Of a stretch of 64,000 nt of DNA, positions 56,590-64,000 are shown piece after piece. A model generated the notes under the pieces. It was not told the DNA's origin. It saw nothing but the letters and a program-made list of their open reading frames with translations, and ran no database searches. How positions within the stretch are numbered: position 1 is the first letter of the stretch; the number at the start of each line of letters is the position of its first letter. The stretch lies in assembly GCA_002269645.1 (NCBI GenBank), contig NIVC01000037.1:1116001-1180000 (forward strand), written 5' to 3'. The stretch is from Macrostomum lignano (Eukaryota). The position numbers and the translations under genes were made by a program.

Positions 56590-57453
56590 CATGCATTTCG
56601 GTGCCTGTGCTTTTTGGTGCCTGGCATTTCGGTGCCCTAGATTGCCTTTCGGTGCCCCAGTTTATATTATGCCAAAATGGTGATAATAAAAAAGAAATCC
56701 TATAACAAATATAATAAAAACTTTACAAAACGTTTGATATTTTTAATGAAAGCAAAAATAATTTTGTGAAGTTGGCACGTTTCTTTAAATTGGAAAAATC
56801 CATTCAATTTAATTGCATACATTTGCTGTATTCTGAATTCTGTACATATAATATAAGCTGGCTGCACTCAGCAAGCATGCTAGTGCTATGAAGACTTAGT
56901 TAGGAAAGTTAAAATCTATCAACAATGCTATATATAGTTTTGATTAAAATTATGAAATGTGACAAGTGACAATGTGAAATATATGTATTTTAGTTAGTAT
57001 TGATTTTTTAAATCACCCGATCATGTTTTATTTCATAAAACTGCCTAAGAAATGAAGCAAGTATTATTTAATGAACTGAAATTTTTTTGGGCATAAATAT
57101 TGGACCATATTCTATAAGATTTTATTATAAGCGCATTTGGGGCATTAGTTTAAAATTTTGACGCAGCTGAGATGCGCGGCTATAGTGACATGGAAGTAAA
57201 TTGAATCGAGTCAACTGGCCTAATCGAAAACCATTTTTTGAATTCATTAAAACAGCAGGTCAGTTTAACTAAATGAATAATACCTTCTTTTTAAAGTAAA
57301 TAAGTACTGCAAAGACAAAGCACTTATTGCTAAATTAGAGCTCAATCTCTATATTTTGTGTCCAATTCTAATATATAATTTGGGCACCGAAAAGCAAGCT
57401 GGGGCACTGAAATGATCGGCACCGAAAAGCACAGGCACCAAAAAGCGTGGATA
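56590..57453 (-). mobile_element. MITE-like element copy B, inverted relative to copy A
   Basis: Termini ggtttcc...ggatacc. Internal segments match copy A in reverse complement (e.g. aagtactgcaaagacaaagcacttattgctaaattag). Confidence 0.7.
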
Positions 57454-60182
57454 CCTTTCTGTATCTATATACTTTGCCTATATCTATATACTTTGTATCT
57501 ATATCTATATTATCTATATATCCATAGGCCTAGCTATAGCAAAACTCTAGCCTATAGGGTCCTTGTAGCTTTTAGTAGGGCCTAGGCCTAGCTTAGGGCA
57601 ACAAGCCTTTGACTAGATGATATGGCTAGTCAAATAAAGTTTTTGCCCATGTAATAGTTCAGAAGGCTATATCATGCATGTCTTTACATAGAATAGGCCT
57701 TTACATAGGCCTTTGCATGCCTTTACATAGTGCATAGAACAATAAGTGGCCTATGCCAATCCTTATTGTCATTTCAATCTTTGGCATAAGGCTGCCAAGG
57801 TATAAGAACCATTGGCAATCAAGTAAACATGATTATGTCTTAGGCAATATCTTAGTAATTGATCTCAGTAGGTAGGTCAGACCCAGAGGTCACCATGAAG
57901 ACTACTTTTTTCTACATATTTAGCTTAAGGCCAACTTGTGATATTGCTGCCATTAGCTTAGGCTATCCAGTAGCTACTAGGTATCTTTAGCTATCAGTGA
58001 TAGTAATACAAGGCTTTACTTCTTTTGGTGCTATCAACTTATGCATCTTCTTAGCAAGAAGCCATTATCTAGGTAGGCAAGCTAGTCCTCAATAGGCCAA
58101 GCACAAACAAGAAAGATACTACAGTATCACCCTGTAGCACACCTAATGACATTCTTAATTGGTCTAATAATCTATTTGATATCATCACTAAAGTGGTTAT
58201 ATCCTAGTGCATTGCCATGATAGTAAAAATAAATTGCTCTGCTATGTTATACATGCAAAGCATAAGAGGTAGCACACTATAAACAAATAAATTAAAAGCC
58301 TTGAAGAAGTAAATGAAGATTATCATGAGACTTGCCAGATAGATGTGCGCCTCCTTGATGATGCATCAGAGAGCTAGGATCTATATCAATGTAATGCAAT
58401 ATGGGCAGAACCCATTTTACTCAAGGCATAGAAACTAGTCTAGCAAAGGCTACAACTAAGCTAATAGCACATGGTTGAACAGCTTTGCTGCATAGAACAT
58501 AGTTGAGATCCCCCTGTGCTCCTCCTGTTATGTCATGCTTGGCTTCTTTAGAATCATAATGATATGTATAGTTGTCCACTTATGGGATGTGGCACCTCCA
58601 GAGAGGACATTGTTATTCATGTGGGCCACCTTTGTGTCAATCCTTGTGACTTGCAGCACTTCTGTTGTAGGGGTGATTGCTCTCACTGAAATTATCCCAC
58701 CGCTGAGTCACCAGCTATTGTAGGGCTACTTTTCTAATTCCTATTATTGAATATCCCATTGTTAAGCAACCAAGTTGTCACAGGAGTATTTCTGTCCTCC
58801 AACTATCCCACTAATTGCCACCACAGTTGTTACAGGTTTTTAATTTCCCTCTATTAAGTTTCTACTGCTGACACTAAATTTTGTATTAATGTTTCTAGCT
58901 GTTTCTTAGAATCTCATATATTTCTAGGTAGCATTCTTGTAGTGTTCTGGTAGTGTTCTTAGTATATGGTCTGGTAGTGTCTTGTATGGCCTGAGCAGTC
59001 TTATTGGTATATGTACTTTCTCTCTCTAGTCTGGGCGTTACCGTGATTAGAGGGTCACAGGACTCACAGTGATTACTCTTAGTACTACTTTTGCATGAAT
59101 TCTTAATTCCTAACTTTCAACCTTCTCTGCAATACTCTTTAGAAATTAAGCAATGATCTGAGAAAGATTTATCAAACACGTTTTAAGCTTATAGCTAGCG
59201 AACGAGTTATCCTCCTAAACTCAAACCTCGCTCCTATTTATACTATTCTTTTTGCATGTATTTAAACAAACATCAAATATTTGGGAATATTTTGTAAAGT
59301 AAAACAAACATATAATTTTCGCGTAACATTTTAAAACTAGCATTTCTTAGAAACAATAACCACTACTACACTTTTATAAGCTCTAAATAAGATCAAAATT
59401 CAGCATTTGTCAAGTGGAGAGGTTTCATTAAGCCAGAAGTATTGATATATTTACAATTTTATAGTTGACTATAAGAATGGTATAAAAAATAATTTCAAAA
59501 GTTCTATATTTTTATTATAAAAATTTGCTAACAAGGTTAAAAATAAACCTATTAAATTTATAGGCCTGTAAACTAATGTAAAATTTAAAGGGAATTATTT
59601 TATATAGAATGCATTATGTCAAATAAAATTTGTTATATTCTTGTAAAAATGCAAATTTCAAGTGCTATTTTACCTATAATCCCTTGATTTTTTTCCCTTG
59701 CTGTGCAATACTAATTTATTTTATTAGCTTGGCAGTAACACTGAATATAATATATAGGATTTAGTCCATTAAGGTTCTTTTTAGATCAGCAATGTTTGGC
59801 AAAAAATTTAAAATAACTTTTGTTTGAATAACAGATTTATTGAAGTTTTGAACACTCTTTAAACAAGGGGCCACTTAGAAAAGTTATATTATGTTTCCCT
59901 ATAGTCTCTTTGACTCTATATTATGACTATCCTATCATTTAGCTTGCTTGATTATGTTTGAATTGTTTAAATTTGCAAATCCTAATTTTAGAAGACTTCA
60001 ACTATGGGTAGCAAACTTTTTTAGGTAAATTTAATAACATTATCTAATCTTAAATCAGGCATGATTCTGGGGTCAGCATGAGTAGTTTAATTATAATCCT
60101 GAGATTACGTTACAGTCTATATAATTGATGTAACCTTGACTTTCAGTCAATGCTGCCATTTATTCGGCTGCAACTGTTGGCG

Positions 60183-63100
60183 TTTTTCTTTCTTTCTTCT
60201 TCAGCGCTCGTCAGCGGCGCGGCGGCGCCGAAATAGACGGGGGCCAACGCCCCATGTTCCGGAGGAGCGAGAGGGCCAAGCCCGGTTCGGTAAGGAGGCG
60301 CTCCACTTCAGTGCCGACCAGGCGAGTGCGGTGCGCGTCCCCCCTCGGGCAGCTGTAGATCGCGTGCAGGCTCGAGTCCGGTGCCCCGCAGTCCTGGCAG
60401 AGCGGGGAGTCCGTCAGGCCGAAACGGTGTCGGACCTCGGCGGCGAGCATTGAGGCACCGGCTCGGAGTTGGCAGACCGCCGTGTGCTCGGTCCGGCTTC
60501 TAGCGTGGAAGGTTGGCCAGGCCGGGGGCATAGCGCTGTCGTCCAGCGCACGGCGGTCACGGCGGATGGCAGCCTTGGCAGCGCCCAGCGAAATGGCAGC
60601 CGTGGTTTGCGGCAAGCGGGCTGCGGCGTTCGCAGCTCTGTCCGCGGCTTCGTTAGCGGGTATGCCGCAGTGGGCAGGGACCCAGGCGAGGTCAATATCA
60701 TTGAGGTCGCAGGTGCCCAGGCTGATGAGGAAACGCCAGCAGGAGAGGCCACTCTCGGTGCGCTGATCTAGGGGCCCGCTTGCAGGGCCGTGAGCGACGA
60801 TAGCGAGTCGCTGCACAGCCGGATGCGGGCTGCGCGAGGGGCGATCTTCTCCGCGACAAAGGTGAGGGCGTCTTTGATAGCGCGCATCTCAGCGTCGAAT
60901 GAGCTGCAGAAGCGGCCAGCTGGGCTCTTCCGGACGAAGGTCACCAGGTTAGTACCGATGATGGCGGCGCTGCCTCCTGGCCCTGTGCCGTCGGCAACGG
61001 AGCCGTCCGTCCAAATGTTGATGTCTGCTTCAGGTAGGTCCTCCAGGGTGTCGCGGGCGGCTGCGTTCCGGTCGGCGGACGGGTCCGATTTGCTGCACCT
61101 CGAGGCTGCCTCCAGACAGAACCGGATTCTGTCCGTGTGTGCCTCCCAGGGAGCGATACCGGGACTACATATGTCGTCTCTGATGTACTGGTCGAGATCG
61201 ACGCTGGCTGGCATCTCTAGTGCCGCTCGGCGCCAGCAGTTGCGGAAAGGGCGCCTAGTGTCTCTGAGGTCGATGTGGGGCGTGTCAATTTGGGCGTCCG
61301 TTGTCGTTGGTCTCCTCTGCCCAGCCTCGTAGGTGCGGTTCTTCAGCCTCGGGCGCGTGCTCCTGGTAGCAGGTTCGTGTGCTGCTGCGCCTGGGCCCAA
61401 TCTCAGGATCCTTTCCCGGAGGCGGGCGGCTCTTTCGGAGGCGACGTGGCTGACCGGTGGGAGCTCGGCAAGACGGAGAGCGCTTCGCGTGTCCGAAGGT
61501 AGGATGCAGCCTGTGATGATCCTGGCACAGGCAGCCTGTTGACGCTCGATGGAGTGCCTTGTTGAGGGGGCTGCCCCGCAGAGCCAGGTGCCCGCGGCGT
61601 AGTCGGCGACAGCCCTGACAGTGCTGACGTAGGCGGCTCTCAGCGTATGGTGGTCGGCTCCGGTGCTGCGGTTGGCTAGCGCCGCAAGCGGACGGCGCCG
61701 AGCGCACATACGAGCGCGGACGTCGGCCCCCTGTTTGTTGAATGCGAGCTGGTCGTCGAGGCGCACTCCCAGGTAGCGTGGCGCTGGGTCATGGGCCAGC
61801 GGTTGGCCACCGATGGTGAGGCTGACCTTCTTCTTTCCGTTGGTTTCCTTGGGGTCCAGGGTGAAAGTTCCGTAGACGCATTTCGCAGCGCTCAGCTCCA
61901 CTTTCCACGTCTGACACCATTTGTGCACAGCGTCCAGGGCAGGTTGGAGCTTCGCAGCGCAGGCGTCGAGACTCCGGTCGGTGGCCAGGAGGGCGCTGTC
62001 GTCTGCGTAGAGCTTCAGTTTGCAGTCCGTATGGGCCTCTTTAATCTCCGTGTCCAGGTCGTTGATGTAGACGACCCAGAGCAGGGGAGCCAGCACGCTG
62101 CCCTGGGGGAGGCCTTCCTTGAAGATTCTTTCATTGCTCAGGCAGTTGCCGACTCGTACGCGGGCACGTCGGTCGGCAAGGAAGCTCCGGATCCAGCGGA
62201 GCACGTCGTTAGGGATGCCGAGCTTTTTCAGCTTGGCGATCAGCCCAGCCCTCCAGACCCGGTCGTAAGCACGACTAAAGTCGAGAAGGCACAGCACTGA
62301 CCGCAGGTGTGGGACCGCCTCCAGACCGTCAAAGATGTCCTGGCAGGTGCTCGCGATGAGTTCCTCAGTAGAGCGGCCGCGGCGGAAGCCGGCCTGGGTA
62401 CTGCTGAGGCGGCCAGAATTCTCGAGGGCAAAGCGCAGGCGTTGGAGCACCATCCGTTCGGCCAGTTTGGCGATGCTGCTGGTGAGTGCCACTGGGCGGT
62501 AGGACTCCGGGTTACTAGGGTCTTTCCCTTTCTTGGGATAGGTATGATGACCGATTTCTTCCATTGCATCGGGCAGTCTCCTTCCTTCCAAGACCGGTTG
62601 ATGAGGTCCAGGAGCCTCAGGTCCGTGGTCGGTGGGAGTCTTTTAAGCATGTCGTTGGTAACTCCGTCCGGGCCTGGTGCCTTCCCGGATTTGAGCGAGC
62701 GCACAGCGCTGCGGTATTCGGTCAGGCTGAAGGCGGAGCACATGTCGGTGCGTGAGCCATTGCACGTGCAGCTGGAGTTGAGGGCTGCTCTCGCGGCTTG
62801 ATTGGTGTGGGCGTCTTGGGGGCCTCCTTTAACTCTAGAGACAGCGGCGTATTGCTGACAGAACAGGTTGGCCTTCTCCAGGTTGGTGCGGGCCGGCCGA
62901 GATGGTTCTTGCTGCCCCGTCTTCTTTCTCTGGAGGGAGGCGCCGCTATTTGGTTTGGGGCCATCGCCACGCATCTGGCGCAGAGTGCGGAAAAGGTCGC
63001 TGTTGATGGTGAGCTCAGCTGCCTTCTCGCTCCAGGCGCGGCGTTTCTCCTGGCGGATCACCTTTCTGGAGTTGTTACGGGCCGCTTTGAACCTAGCCAG

Positions 63101-64000
63101 GTTGTCGTCGCTCGGGGACAGCTCGGCGACGTGCCGGGCTTCTTTGCACTCCCGGGTGGCTTGGGCGCAGGCGTCAGTCCAGAATGGTTTCGCAGCAGTT
63201 CTGGCCCCTTTGGGTATGTTATGGGCAGCGGCCGTTAGAATGTCGTTACAGATGATGGCGTGAAGATGTGCGAGTTGGACGCCGTGAGTTGGGTAGTCAG
63301 CCCTTTGGCCGTCGATCTTAGTGAGTTCGTCCTTAAAGCTCCCCCAGTCCGCTTTGCGGAAGCACCACGTGGCCCGTGGCAGGTTCTTGCCCTTCCGTGG
63401 CGCTCTGGGGTGTCTCTGGACCGGGAAGGAGATGGGCAGATGGTCGGACCCCAGATCGTCGAGGGTCGTCCAGCCCTCCGCGATGCCTTGCAGGAGGTTG
63501 TTGCTGGTCCAGGTAAGGTCCGGAGTAGATTTGCCTCCTGTTGCTGGGTTAGTTCGCGTATGGTAGTCGCCGTTTGCAAGTCTCAGGTTGCGGGAGGTCG
63601 CCCAGGCTTCCACTATTTTGCCGCGCTCATCTTCGTCTTGGTGCCGGTCCCAACTGCCGTGGGCGTTGAAGTCGCCGGCGACGACGGTGGGGCCAGTGGC
63701 GTTCGGGACCAGATGAAGCGGGGGTTGCCAGGTTTCCCCCCGTTGGTTGCTGGTCGGTGGTGCGTAGAGGGAAACCAGCGTGATCGGCTCCTGGCCTTTG
63801 AGGTGGATGGTGGCGGTGGCGCAGTCTAGCAGTTGGCGTTCGTTGTCCGGCGGCGATGGCGTAGTGTCGGACGCAATGTCGGCGCGCACTAGGATCAGGG
63901 TGCCTCCTCTGGTGTGGGTCGCTTTGTTCGTCCTGTTCTTGGGCCGAGTTATTGGCGGCTTCGAGGCGGCGGTCCTCCGTGCCTGCTCCTGTTGGTTGTC
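60183..64000 (-). mobile_element. Non-LTR retrotransposon, I-group/Ingi-like (APE endonuclease - RT - RNase H - Cys/His C-terminus), 5' part outside the window
   Basis: APE motifs VVAGDFNAH and SDHLP. RT motifs YRPVALTS, QAGFR, LDFSRAYD, GLPQGSVLAP, YADD, YLG. RNase H motifs WTDGS, AEMRAI, SDSLS, WVPAHCGIPANEAAD. C-terminal CQDCGAPDSSLHAIYSC. 3' GAA-rich tail near 60183-60202. 1-nt deletions near 62536 and 60772. Confidence 0.93.

Noticed and set aside
57900-58900. Decayed reverse-transcriptase remnant on the minus strand (TGGAQGD, LFNHVL, FSDDI fragments)
   Set aside because: The fragments are in different frames with uncertain spacing. A translated HMM search is needed before calling it.
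60136-63829. Plus-strand ORFs over the LINE
   Set aside because: They are antisense shadows of a GC-rich coding strand.

Overview
Eukaryotic genomic DNA with GT-AG introns. GC-rich exons, minisatellite-filled introns and AT-rich spacers are consistent with a free-living flatworm such as Macrostomum (inference, not verified). Nine spliced or single-exon genes were reconstructed by hand. Plus strand: CYTH/CyaB-like protein, a divergent Rab GTPase and a SAXO/FAM154-family microtubule protein. Minus strand, a tandem run of six: INTS10, kazrin-like, an ICT1/MRPL58-like protein lacking GGQ, WDR5, AMMECR1 and nanos. The window ends inside a near-intact non-LTR retrotransposon (APE-RT-RNase H). It also holds about 27 distinct tandem arrays, five copies of a tRNA-derived SINE and several MITEs or palindromes. 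Most long ORFs in the track are artefacts of the arrays. Main leads: (1) the GGQ-less ICT1-like protein; (2) unrelated minisatellites sharing a TGACA core, with periods near multiples of 10.5 bp; (3) a candidate trans-spliced operon; (4) single-base indels in AMMECR1, INTS10 and the LINE, which are either assembly errors or a decaying duplicate. Array boundaries are approximate.
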